Source: Raillietiella orientalis (taxonomy: Eukaryota). From it: 64,000 nt of DNA. Of the stretch, positions 24,301 through 37,119 are shown in pieces. A model generated the notes under the pieces. The model was given only the letters and a program-made list of their open reading frames with translations. It was not told the DNA's origin and made no database searches. Both the position numbers and the translations under genes were made by a program. Where the stretch lies: the NCBI GenBank assembly GCA_036172245.1, contig JAYWIR010000002.1, forward strand, positions 1,674,001 to 1,738,000, given 5' to 3'. Numbering within the stretch: the stretch's first letter is position 1; each line of letters opens with the position of its first letter.

Positions 24301-27300
24301 TCTCCCTCGCAAGGGCTCTCTACTCAGCTGCCGACATTCTCCTACTGGTGAGAGAAGGTGGAGGGAGAGGAGGCAAAAAAGGATGAGAGTGGGACGGACT
24401 CCGCTTCAGGACGACCCTCTTTCCGCCTTGGACGCACAGATCGGACTCCACATTTTCCAGGAAGCTATCCAGAAGCTCCTCCTGCACCGCCGCAAGACGG
24501 TCGTCCTCGTCACTCACCGCCTGCAGTTTATCCTGCATGCGCAGAAGGTACTGCTAGAGTCGCCATCTTCCCCCTCCTCCTCCTGGTCGACCTGTCGTCG
24601 TCTCATCCCGCAATGCTCCCGACGCAGATCGTCATCATGGAGGCCGGCCGCATCGCGTTCCAGGGATCTCCCGCGGACATAGAAAGGGAAGCGCCCTATA
24701 CGTGGGAGGCATGGAAGCGGCAGATCTCCCGTGAGAAGAAGGAACTCTTCGGGGCGATCGAAAGCCGGACGCAAGCCGAGCGCCACCGGCTAAAGAAGCT
24801 CATCGAAAGGACGTCGTCCGGAGGAAGCGGTCCCCAGCGCGCCGCGGAACCCATGATCGGGACCTCACCCTCCGAGGTTGGAGTTTGAAAAAGGGGGGGA
24901 TCCTGTCTGCCACTACCAGCTTCTGGCCTCATGCAGTGTTCCGAGGAGATAGCCATATGTCCTTGGAGGAACCAGCTCTTCTCACAGCGCTCTAGGAAGA
25001 CGAGCAGCAGCCAGGGAAGCTATGAGGACAGCAGTAATTCGAAAAAGTGCAAGAAGCCGAGCATCAAGAGGATCCGGAACCCGTCAGCGGACAGCTGTGA
25101 GTGCCCCGGGGCGGCTTTCCTCCCCTCCCTCCCCCACAAACCACTTATGCTTTAGCAGTGTCTTCCACATCTCCCGGAATCATTTCTCTTGCTGATGATC
25201 CCGCCTCTGCCGATGAGGTCTTCCCAACCTTTCTCAGTTCGGCTTCCAGGACCGTCCAGAACTTTCCAAAGCCTCCACTGCTGAAAAAGATTTCCGCCAT
25301 CTCGAACATGAGCTACACAACCATCAAGGAAACAGAAGGTGCCGTCTCGATGCGCTCTATCCCTTTCCCTTCCCTATCCCTCACAAACGCACGCATCACC
25401 GCCACCGCCGCCATCACCACCACTACCACCAACAGCCTCCTTCATCTGAGAAGGCGGGGGAGTAGAAAAGAAAAAGAAAAACTCTTTTGCAGATCAGCTA
25501 GAGCTTGGCGAAGTGGCCAAGTTCCTAGCCGAAGAGCGCAAGAAAAGCCGCGGAACGCTATCCCTTTGCCTGTACTACGTGAAAGCGTGCGACCCGCGCT
25601 GGGTCATCGTCTACGTTCTTCTGGCGTTTGGCTCCCAGGTCTGCAGGATCTCTTCGGATTTCCAACTCCGGAGCTGGACGGAAGGTTACTCCAAGGATAA
25701 GGAGGCGTCGAGCCTGGACAACGAGACCGTAAGTGCCCAGAACCGGGCGCCGAAGTTCAGGGAGAACTTCTCTTTCCTTGTTTTCCCTGCAGCTTTACGG
25801 ATACCTGCTCGTGTACGTCAGCCTCTCCCTGACCTTCGTGGTACTCACCCTGGCGACCAACTTCATGGGTCAGCACGCGGGTTCGAACTCGAAGAAATGC
25901 TTGCACTACAACCTCGTCAACAACCTCATACATTACAAGATGCACTTTTTTGAGAGCACCTCGCTAGGATGCATCCAGAACTGCTTGTCTTCTGACATCT
26001 CCGCCGTGGATAAGGTGGGTGGAACCACGCATGATGATGCCTGGGAGTGTATTTTCTTTCCTCCTTTTTCACTCTCCATCTTTTTGCCCTCTTCTCTTTT
26101 CCTCAGAAACTTCCATCCGAGTTCACCAAGTTCACCTTCTTCGCCTTCTTGTGCCTCTCCGCGATCATTGTCAACGCCGTGATCACCCCTTGGTTCATCG
26201 TGGCAGCGATCAGCCTCCTCGCCGCCTTCATCTCCTTGCAGCGTTTCTACCGCCCCATGGCGAAGGAGCTGCAGAGGCTGGAGGCCTTGAGTCGCTCCCC
26301 CATCAATTCCCTGTTCGCTCAAACCATGAGCGGTGTGTCTGCCATACGGGCGAGTGGCCAGAAGCGTCGCTTCTTGAAGCGCATGATGGACATTGTGGAC
26401 CTGCACAACAACGTGTCTCTGCTGCTGGAAGCGAGCGATCGTTGGCTAGGAGTAGCCTTGGTGACGACGTCCCTCATTCGATTCAACCTTTTTTGAGGTG
26501 GCTCTCTCTTTTTTTTTTTTTGCACATTGCAGGATTTCCTGGGAGGCATCGTGACTTGCATCGCCACCCTGATGGCTTTGTTCATGTCCATCTACAGACC
26601 CGACAAAGTAGACGCCGGTTTAGTCGGTCTCAGTCTCAATTACAGTCTCCTCCTTCCTATGTACCTGATTTGGGTCATGAGGACGTGGAACAACTGCCAG
26701 CATTTCCTACACGCCGTGGAGCACCTGCGCCAGTTTTCCGAATTTCCGAAGGAAGAGGAATTCAGCGCCCAGCAACAAAAGGGCCAGCAGAGGAGCTCGC
26801 TGCTGATACACCACGTGGACAACTGGCCCAAGCGCGGCCGCATAGAGTTCAGGAAGCTGTCCGCCTATTACGACGATCCCTCGAAGCTGGCGCTGAACTC
26901 GATCACCCTGTGCGTCCGTTCCGGTGAAAAAGTGGCCCTCTGCGGACGTTCCGGAAGCGGAAAGAGCAGCCTGCTCTTCGCGCTCCTGAGGCTCATCACC
27001 TTCGAGAGAGGCTTGATCTCCATTGACGGGATCGACATCAGCTCTGTGCCACTGCACGTGTTGCGATCGAGGTTGGCCACAGTACCGCAGGATCCGTACC
27101 TCTTCTCAGGTTCCATCCGGCACAACCTGGATCCGGAGCGGAATTTCGAGGAAGACAAGCTCTGGGCATGCCTGGAGGAAGTGAAGATCGCTTCTCTTGT
27201 CCGTCGCTTCCCTGCAGCCCTCGGTGAGTCCAGAATCTTCTCACGGAAGCGGTTGGCTGACGAGTCCCTACAAATGCCCAGACACGGAGATGTCTTCCTG

Positions 27301-27768
27301 CGATTCCCTCATGAGCGTCGGGCACAAGCAACTCTTGTGCTTGGCTCGGTGCATCCTGCGTGATTCCAAGGTGACTAGTGGTGGCGCTGGCCTCCTTCCG
27401 CTGGGAACTGTACCTTTCCGCCAGATCATCCTTTTGGACGAGGCCACGAGCTCCGTGGATCACGAGACCGAGAACATAATCAACCACATCATCGCCGACC
27501 TTTTCAAGGAGAAGACGGTGATCAACATCACGGTGAGGGATGGCGCGGTTTGCAGCGTTGCGGTGGCAACATCCCTTTCCCTTCTCCCTCTCAGCACCGC
27601 ATCCTTGGGATCATGCATTACGACCGCGTGCTCGTCATGGAGCAGGGGCAAATCGTCGAAGACTCTTCTCCTAAAATCCTCCTGTGCCAACCGGATTCCA
27701 TATTCCAGCAAATGTACCAGGCCGTCATCAGGAGATCCCCGACGGATTTGGAAGATGGGCATCCTTGA
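18302..27768 (+). CDS. Sur: Sulfonylurea receptor-like ABC transporter (ABCC8/ABCC9/Sur type): TMD0-L0-TMD1-NBD1-TMD2-NBD2, 21 exons
   Basis: Exons: 18302-18964, 19061-19303, 22138-22332, 22387-22692, 22746-22883, 22947-23109, 23209-23471, 23589-23769, 23918-24023, 24089-24347, 24410-24547, 24628-24876, 24937-25096, 25156-25338, 25493-25728, 25793-26014, 26107-26460, 26533-27223, 27282-27370, 27425-27532, 27595-27768; all GT-AG and in frame. SUR-type TMD0 ('NPCSFELLVLAQNVTFL', 'RNVLRCLLLF', 'CLYHYLD') and L0 ('SILSKCLFTWLLPL'). NBD1 has GNVGSGKT, LSGGQKQR and LLLDD; NBD2 has GRSGSGKS, SVGHKQ and ILLDEAT. The start could instead be the ATG at 18329. Confidence 0.92.
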
Positions 27769-28789
27769 AGAGTTCGAGACATCACCTGTTTTTTTTTTCC
27801 TCCTCTCTCTCCTCTTTTTCGTTAACCAGCAGCTATACAAAAAATCATTTCCGACTGATCCCTACAGCAGCATTACTCTCTTTTGACGTGGGGAAAACTG
27901 CTGGTTCTTCCGACGACGAGAGGCAACTCGGAAAGACGCAAGGAAAGTCTTCTCGATCGAGCGGCAGCGTTTGCCGCGCTACCGAGATATCCACCTTCGA
28001 AGGGATCCTGTGAGAGCCAGCGGGTCCCTTCGGCATAACTTGAATCCCAACACTCGGAGTGAGGGGAGAGCGTCCTGAAAGACTCTTCCAGTGCGAGGCG
28101 GCGTCCACAGTCGGGTGCGATCGGGGCTGGAGGATGGGGTGACCCGCGATCGCATTCGGTTCTTTGAGCACTCTTTCCGCGTATGGCCTGCACGCCGGTC
28201 TGAGTGTCATCGAATTACCTTGGCTGGGAAGAAAGCCGGGAAGCTTCGAGGGGATAAGGAATATTTGCACACGCGAGCCACACCCAAGAATACCCAAGGA
28301 CTCCATGGGGAACGCTGCAGAGGTTGAACGACCTCAAGCAGGAGCGCAGATTGATGAAAGCAGTTCATGGAATCTCAGGTCCTTGGTCCAATTTGCAGGA
28401 GAGTTTTCAAGGGTCCCTTACTCTGGACTCCCCACCGATGGCATGAAGCGTTTCATTCGGAAAACTCACGAAAGACTGGAACCTGAAACCAACGAAAGAT
28501 GCCATCTAAGGGACGTCTTTTGATCTGATCAGAAAAAGGGACATGAACTGGAGCACGGTGGTAGGGATGGGTATATTTTAAGAGTGGTGTTGGAGTACGA
28601 AGTGTTCCTATGCAAATGAGGGTAGATTCTGGCTATAGAATACTCTATCCATCTACTACTCTATCGTCTAGCTATGGCTGGAATAGCCTGCTGGTCAAAA
28701 TGGATAGCTAGAATAGAGTGTGGCTGGATTCACATCAGGATGAGAGAATAGTAACGGTATGTGGATGCTACTTGTTCTGTAGCTAAGTT

Positions 28790-31700
28790 ATGGAAGGGTG
28801 AACACTGCTGCTATTGTAAGAGTAGAGATCTTCACTGGAGCAACAGCGAAGGCTGGAGAGATGGGCAATGGTTTCAAATCAGGAAGGGTGTTGATGTGAA
28901 TTCTGGGATCTATAGATTCTTGCATGACACCTGGAGCTTCGTGCAATGGAATCTTCACACGGAAGAGTTCCCATTCCAGGTTGCGTTTCACCCACAATGC
29001 CTTGAAGATTCTGTTCGTCTCTATCGAGGTGAAGATGAGAGCATAGGGTTGGTCGGAAGCGGAAAGCGTTTGATAAGGGTGGCGGCATGCCAGGAAATGG
29101 CACCTGGTCAGAAGTAGTCGACGGAGCGGAGCCAGTTGCCTGATCACCCGTACGAAACAGTACACGTACGGATTTGCAGGAACGATGTGCTCAGCAGATA
29201 GATAGCCAGGCGCGCGCATCCGTGGTTTTCGAAACTTGATGCAGAGCGGCCGACTCAAGTTTCGAGCTGGAATGCAAAACACGCGCACCTCAGGCAAATG
29301 ACGTTGGTGCACAGAAGTGTTTGCAGAACTCTCACGGAAAGCTGAAGAGCACTGGCTCCGCTCCCGGTTACAAACATACCGCCTTCAACCGCTCTCAGAA
29401 TGAGCCCGAAAGTGCATACTGGAAGATTTCGAGGCTGAATTCTGGCAGAATTTTCCCGCGTTGATAATCAACGGAAAGAAAGACTATCAAACCAAAAAAA
29501 GGTAAAGAAAGAAAAAATGGAAATTCGAAATTGAAGCGATAGAGTGCTGAAGAAATTATCGCCCAAGCTGGCGAAAAATTCCAAATTTAATTTCTTAAGA
29601 ATACTTTTCAAGAAATTACTTGCAGATGGAGTTGTTGCTGTAGAGAAAGTAACATAAAAGGAGAAACACCTGACCTGAAGAGTGTGAAAAGGGACACTGG
29701 AGTGGTCCAGGGATAACAACGAAAGCGCTCTCTTACAAAAGAATGAAAGGCAACTGTACATTCAAGTATGGCTGAGTTTGTTAAACCCTGTCTGATAAAA
29801 AAAAGAGAGAGAGAGAGAGAGAGAGAAAGTGCAGGTTTTCTAAGGATGAGGAAAAGCTGGTGGACAAGAGGACAAAAAGTCGTCACTGACCCACTTTCAT
29901 GAAAAAAAAAAAACTGAAAAAAAACAAAAAAAAAAAAAAGAATGCAGATCTGAATGCACCGTCTCTTCCATTACCGACCTGCAGGGCAGGAAAGGACAGA
30001 AACGAGATTCATCTGACGAAGGAAGGAACCAGGATTTCCGCATGGAAAGGTTTCCTTTCCTGGAAACACACCTGCCGACGTTGAAAATAGTAGCCATGCG
30101 GCTACATGACCCGACGAAAACGGAAGTCCCTATACTCCTTGACCTCAACATGAGGATGAGTTACGGAACATTCCGAGACTCACTCCGGCCACATCCGTTT
30201 CTAGAGTTATGCTCACGGAGAAGAGTTGTCACGGTTTCAAATCAGTAGGTGATACATGCATGTTCGCAGGGTCCTCGGAGCAGACTTCCCTCGTAGCTCA
30301 AAGAGGTCATGCAGGAATGTAGGGAGGAGACGTAAATCAAAGCTGGCCGAAGCGATTTGGGACTCATCTGATAGAAGAATGACGGAGAGCGTCGTAAAGT
30401 TGTGGAAGCTGCCGCACGCCCCACAGCAGGGAAACCCTGTGAAATTCGACCTCAAACTTGGCAAAAACTTCCCTGTTGGATTTTTTTCCTTTTTCGTTTT
30501 GTCCGCAGTATCTTAATAAAATTCTCAGAGATAAACATCGAGTTCCGTGTTTCTCCTTGGGGATCAGCTCCAGATTCGGTCATTCAGATAACGGCAGTTT
30601 CGTCATACACTATTCATTACGTTTTGAACAAATGCGACTCAACGGTGATGGCCTTTCTTTTGCCCATACCTCCACTGGGAAAGAGTTAATAGTAAACTTG
30701 TGAGCTGACTGCCGCTTCTCCGTATTGAGCATTTGCTATTCATACCAATAAGGAAATCAGAAGACCTAGGATGCTACTTAAGTAATAAGAGTATTGGTGT
30801 TACAAAGGCGGCAGCAAATGAAATGGAAGCACCGAAGAAAGCTGTAAGCACAGAGCAGGTCCATTGGCGCGTTATGTAGTGCTGATGGACATTCCTCTAC
30901 TGTGATAAAGGGGAATGAGTTTAGCAGAGAAAACGCTCTTTTCTTGCTGAAAAAAAAAAAGATCGCTACATCACGAGGATGAAGAAGATCCGTATTGAGC
31001 AAGAAATCACACTGTTGTGACTTGAGATACTCAATCGCCTGTGCCTCCTGGATGGATATAAATTATCCATCGATGATGTTTTGCATCTTCTCAAACACGT
31101 AAAAAGTCGACACGAGAAGGTATTTCTGGATTTCTTCTTCGTTGATAGCAGTCGAGTAGTAGTGTGAGAGAAGTAAACTCTCCATGAAAGGCACCAACCA
31201 GTTGCCTTAGTGACTAGCTGAAAGAGATCGTCGGAAACATTGAGAACGGGCGATTGAAACTTCCAAAGGCAAAAAAGAATCTTGAAACTGGCACTTACAT
31301 ATCCTCCAAGATAACTCAGGAAAGTATGAATGCATCGAACTGCTTGGAAAAATATGTACACAAGATGTATAGGAATGACAGCCGATGTCAACCATCAAAA
31401 CTCAAAGGGGAGCGGACTGCTTCGAAGGATGCAAAGGAATGTTTGCGTCCCCAACTTGAAGTAATCCACTCTCTTCTCGTAACTTGACAAAAACTCTGAC
31501 TGTTTCGAGGTGTCTCCTTGTTTCCTAAAGAAGGAACTCGATTGATTGAAACACAGTGCTTGTGGACGGAAAAAAAAATTCGCAACAAGAGATTGTTTTC
31601 CATTTTCACTCGAAGGCACAAGACACATGCAAAGAAACAAATGAACCAAATCGCAGTCCTATCTCGAGCACAAGAGATAGAAATCACGGAATCCTTTCTA

Positions 31701-34300
31701 TTTCAAAGAAAATAAATCGAAATTGTCTGGCTGCTCAGAAGTCGCTTCCAAAAAGTCGCTGCCGGAGCGAGGACCATCGTTCTCAGCTGAGCAGCTGGGC
31801 CGCGAAATAAAACGTGAGCTGCATCTTTTCCCACTCTCTGTTGCTCCGAGACCATCATGAACTTTTTGAAATCAATTCCCAGACAGAAACATCCTTCACG
31901 TTTTCCATTCGCCTCCATCTGGTGGTCAGATGTCACCTGGTTTCCTCCTCCATGGGAAAGTTCAAGCTGGAAGGGGTCAAAAGTGAAGATATAGGAGGAG
32001 CTACCATTCTTATCAGGAAGAGTGTTTCATGTGAATGGGAGGAGAGGATTCGTTTTTAAAGTTAACAAAGTCAACACAAAGCAATCGCGCACTGGATGAC
32101 CAGGCAGAAAGGAAGATGAAGCTGAAGAACGGCAAATCGAAACTAGAATTCCACAAGAAGGGAACTGGAGCTCGGGAGAGGGACCACGAACTTTGCATGA
32201 AGAGCAAAGAGACCGTTTTAATCCAGGGAGCTGATGAAAAGTGATTGGTTGCTGAACCTTCGTTAGCATCTGCACAGAAGGAATCAAGGAGACGCTGGAA
32301 GGTTAGGGACTCAAAGAACACGGGAGCCGTTGCGAAAGGAGGTGCTCGCAAACAGCAAGCAATCTCAACACGAATACTTGCCAGTTTGTAAACAGAGCAT
32401 CATCGTCGGCCGACCGTACCTTCGTCAACGGATTAAAGGTAAGAGGCGCTGCTCTGAGGCAGACTTGGATCCAACAGTGGGAATAAGAGGCCCCGGATTT
32501 CGGGGTGACAGGTCATATTGGAATCCTGCTGGAGAACACCTTTCCAGTGTGGATTATCAGACTGCACCCATCTGCGCTGGGCCGCAGAATGGCCGAGCTC
32601 TTTAGCACAATACTTATGGATCTACGAAATATGGGGCTGCTTTTGCAATCGAAACTGAAAGCTGGGTGGAGGGCTGCCAGCAAATGCGTCATTGAAAAGT
32701 ACAACTTATCGGCGTGCATTTCATGACCACACTAGTCACTTCCCTTATCGCCTGAGTATTTATCTGACAAAAGAAGGATCCAGGACTTGAGAACGCGATT
32801 CTTCATAGAGTTTGCGGATCGGGAATGAATCTGCTGCTGGAGGATGTAACTTTTTAGCCTTCAAGATTCTTCAGATCGCCGGGGAACGCAGCAGAGGGCT
32901 TCGGGAGAAGATAGTTTCTGCGCGACACAGGATGACCGGTGGGAGGTTCACGCGCGCTAGGCAGAAACTCGTCGAGGGGCGGTGACGATTCGTGTTGCAG
33001 GGCAACACAGCACGCCAGGTGATTCGGCGGTGCATTCTCCAGCTTCCAAGACGAAAGCTACGATGGCACACGTGCTGAGAGAAAGGCGCTCAGAAGACCT
33101 AACCCACAAGTCGATTTGTAAAGCAATAGGGAGCAGGACATCGGCAGACGAAGGAACAGTCTTCTGGACGCGGAGGGCTCCAGAGGATTTCGAAACCTCA
33201 CGTGCTTCGGAGCAAACAGTTGTCAATAGCTGCAGAAACATAAGGCACAGCAGCGTCAATTTGAAACGGACATACACGCACAAACAAAAAAAGGGGGAGG
33301 GAAATGTGAACAGCAGTGCCACTTCGTTTATAGCGGCTGCTTTCAAAGCTTTCGATGCTCCTTGCATAGAGAAGAGCTCTCCGTGGGAGGGACCATGCGC
33401 AATTTTCAGCGTAATCCCTCTTTGCCTTCAAAACACTTTCGGCTGCAACAACACGCTTCTCCAGGCATCTCCTGAGTCGGGAGGGAGGAGGGGCAGCACC
33501 TCCGACAAGCCGTGCGTGGGATCACGGAGAGCTGCTTGAGGTTTTCGCTCTTCCGACCTTCCTCTCGGCTGAGCAAGGGCACGCGGTGGGGCTCGACGCT
33601 TTGGTTCGGGATGGCTTGCTCAGCCGTACTGAGCCGACGCGCGCGCGCTGAAGCACCCGGGACACCGGGTGCGTCCGTTTGCCTTGTCGTTTCCCCTTCG
33701 GACGCGCCGCGAAGGCACCTCAGAAACTCCTAGGTCGAGAGGTGGTCATTCCTTCCTGAGGTCGCGGTGTCGCGCACTCCGAGGAGGAGCATGCGCGGAG
33801 ATGGGGAGGCCATCCCCGTTGTGCACCGGGAGTTTGCGCAATCGTGCTGGGATCCACAGAGAGAGCTGGGCGCCACTCGGCTTGCGGCGGTGTGGCAGTC
33901 GGAAGAGAACCGTTCAAACGATCTAGCAGAGCGGGCCGCGCGTGGGTCCAGATCTTCCACGACGAGAGTTTCCATGGCTGCTGCAACAATCTCCTCGGGC
34001 GCATCGATCGCCGGATTTCACCTCCGCCCGCTTCGATTCCTCCCAAACTGGGGTTCGGGGCTATCCCATTCGTCTTTATCGATTTCGGCTGGGAGAAAGG
34101 GATGGATGCCTCCTTCTTGCAATCCTGCTCCGAACTCAGTGACGAACGGGAGCGCTCGTTCCAAAATGCTACCGTTTCCTCTTGGCTGCTGGTGCTGACT
34201 GTTTATTTCGAACAGTCAGCACCAGCAGCACCCCGGGTCCCACCGAGCTCTGTGCTTCGTGTCCGTAACTGCAAGCAGCTTGCTGGCGGGCGCGATCGGC
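28790..34300 (-). mobile_element. Decayed, near full-length L1/Tx1-like LINE (ORF1 knuckles, APE, RT, C-terminus)
   Basis: Minus-strand remnants occur in canonical order over ~5.5 kb. ORF1-like: 'LPFVTEFG...IDAPEEI' and knuckle-like 'SDCHTAASR..SLCGSQHDC' (~34150-33830). APE-like: 'ADVLL', 'AIVAFVL' and 'HADKLYFS' (33240-32690). RT-like: 'CKTSSMDNL', 'KKRAFSLLNSFPFITV' (cf. KKGD..L.NWRPISL) and 'SGADPQG' (31090-30550). C-terminal 'ALWVKRNLEW' (cf. WxxRN, ~28990). All are heavily disrupted. Confidence 0.5.
29805..29826. repeat. (GA)n microsatellite
   Basis: About 10 consecutive GA units. Confidence 0.9.
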
Positions 34301-34859
34301 TTTGAGGAGGTGGGAAGACGAAAGGAAAAATAAATAAATAGCAAGATATTTTATGTGGAGGGAAAGGTCTCGTGGGGGGGTTAGGAGGGTAACTCACACC
34401 CTCGGAGATCAAAATCAGAAATGGACTGATGCGGTTTTTTTTTTTTTTTGGCTGCTTCCGTGCCCTTCCAGCTTTTTTTCTTTCTTTCTTTTTTTTATAG
34501 GAGAGGAGAGGGAAGGAAGGATTCTTTATGGACTCGAGAGCCGTTGATTAACCCACTGGGGGGACATCGGAGCGACTGGATAGGGCCACAAACGGGAATT
34601 CGCAAGGTTCCCCTGTTTTCCACTGTCTTGCATTTATCATGGTGCACGCGAATCAGGAAGAGGTGACCCCAAAGGGTGCACCTGCAGTTCCGGGCAAGCC
34701 GACAGGGCATCCGGACGCGGATGAGAGAACGTCTACCGGTGTACACCTGAAGCCTGGGAGTGGGTCCCAGAGTCATCATGGGTTCTCCTGTTGCGCTGTT
34801 TCCCTTCCAGATTCTTTTTGCTTTTGTTTTTCCGGGTTTTTTCTTTGGGTCCTCAAGGA

Positions 34860-37100
34860 GTGCCAAAGAACCGCCCATCTCCTAAGGGAGGGGATCTCAC
34901 AGAGCTCTTCACAATGCCCACGCCACCCGAGGGTGGGCGTCACTCTTCAAGAGTTACGGGATAACCGCTGAGGGAGCACTCTGTGAATCCAGGAATGCTC
35001 TGGTAGAAGCAGTCCGTTCCTCCTGCTCTTGGGAGGGAACCTCTAAGGGAATCCTCCACGCTGGTTGTCTCCGAAGGGGACCTCTTCCTCATTCTCTCCA
35101 GAGGGATCCCCTGGATTATTTCTTCTCCGAAGGGAACCTGGAAACGATCCGCTCACGGAATTTCTACACCGGAGGAAACCCCCGCAAGAGAACCGCTCCT
35201 TGTTTCCTCCTCCTCTGAGGAGACCCGAAGGGATTCTTCTCAATTCCTCTGAACGGCGCTTCTTGCACTCTGGGGATACATCAACCAGCACCCTGGATGT
35301 TACGCGATAGAGGTGTATATGTTTCTCCATCCACCCATCCTCACCCCCGAGGAGAGGGACGGCTCCATTTTCACGAGGGGGACCCTGGAGGTAACCGGTG
35401 TTCCTAGATTCCTGGAAGGACGCCGGGGGGTCAACTTCCAATTCCGGCCCGTCAACGGGGGCATCCTGTTTCCGGCTTCCACCAGTGATCCACCAGTGTT
35501 CAGAAAGCACTTCAAGCGCTCGACCCATTTCAAAGAGGCAAGTTTTACCTGCGGGAACGGGACGCGGTGTGGAACACGTTCGCGGCTCCCCTCCTCTGTC
35601 CCTGTTTTTTGTTTGCCTCCGCCATGCAGCATCAGAAAGTAGATAAAGGACCTCCTCCAGATCGCCCTCAGGGGCAAAGAAGGGCCTAGAGTCCGCCTGA
35701 AGGACTTGTGTGCTCCGCACTGGAACAGTGGCCTTGGCCTCCTCCAGATGCTGGAGCGGATGGAGTTGCAGCTCCAGTTCCGAACTCTTGTCTTCGTGGA
35801 AAACCTTTGGAGCACCACCTGGAGTCATCCTGCACGTTTTCTTGTCCAGCAAGCTACCGGCAGCGTGGGACTCGCGTACTTCCTTGCCCGCCGTCCACGC
35901 ATTAGATGTGACGCAATAGATGTGACGCGGCACGTCTCATCTATTGCGGACTGCACCTTCTGCAGGTGACCATTCTAGCCAGAAAAAACGGATGGATCTC
36001 GTGCCGCCCTGCGAACGGTATTTCCTGGTTGCAGGCAACCGCTCGCACGTGGGCGAGGATCCAGGAGCCAAGCGTGGAACAGATGAGACGTTTCCTGTAC
36101 GCGCGCAGCAACAACTGCACGCTCCGGGAGATCCTGGAAGATCCCGTGAGGAGTGCGTGGGCAAGCAGAACCTCCCTTGCCGCCGCTCTGCCCTCCCTTA
36201 GGATAGCAGTCTTACGTCTAGATGAGAGGTTACTATGAAAATCTCCGCCAGGAGGAAAGGACTAGGCTAGTGGACGATGGTCCAGCTTACCGACGCTACG
36301 ATCCCGATTGCTCGACTTTGTGGACTTTTGCACTGGGGTGTGCAACTGGGTATTCCGGAGGAAGAACTGCATTGGCCCCCCGGTGCTCATGAACACCCAC
36401 ACTCTTCCTTTGAAGTTGCAGGGGTCGGCATTGATGCTGCTGCACTGGGACCCACCATGCAACGCCCTCCGTCATCATTGGACACGAGAGTGTGTGTACC
36501 CAAACGTGCAAGGCGCGGGGAGCGGGAATTCCTCCTGCACCTCCTAGTGGACTGTGTTTCCCTCCGGTTCCTTTGGGGACGTTTTGTCACGACTCTTGGA
36601 ACCCCCAGCAACAACGCCAGAGATGTTTCGAAGTGCTTCTTCCTGAGCGATGCCCTCACGCAGGCCATAGCAGCACTTTGCTGCCTACGCGGCGGGACCG
36701 TGGCTGCATGGAGCAGCAAGCCAGAGGAGTCCAGAATGACAGGGACGCCATCTATTTTGCTGTCCTCTTCGTGAGGACAGCGTCAAGATGGCCCCATCTG
36801 GGCATCTTGAAGCAGGAACCTGCCGGCATCCTTACAAGGATGAAGAGGACACCCTCCAGCATACAGTATTCCCTTCCCAACCCAACTCAACCCCCCTCAT
36901 TTTTTTGAATGTATATTGTTTGTTTTATTTTTTTTCTTTTTATTTGTCTTCTCTTCCCCTGTGCTGCCGAAGCAAACCCTGCTGGCTTGTGTGCCAGTTT
37001 CCAGCAGGTTCCTTCTCGTAGTTATCAGCAGAGTTGGCAGGTTAGCGGCAGGACGTGGATTTTTTATAAATAAACTCCCCGGCGTGACCGGGTGTCGAGC
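34860..37100 (+). mobile_element. Decayed, internally deleted L1/Tx1-like LINE, copy A of a local family
   Basis: APE-like 'RFLEGRRGVNFQ...PPVFRKHF...FTCGNG' (~35405-35560). zf-RVT-like 'LPLKLQGSALMLLHW' and 'EREFLLHLLVDCVSLRFLWGRF' (~36400-36585). C-terminal 'RWPHLGILKQEPAGILTRMKRTP', then a T-rich 3' UTR, AATAAA (~37069) and a terminal hairpin at 37078-37092. Confidence 0.7.
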
Positions 37101-37119
37101 AGTTACACAACCGGTGCGA

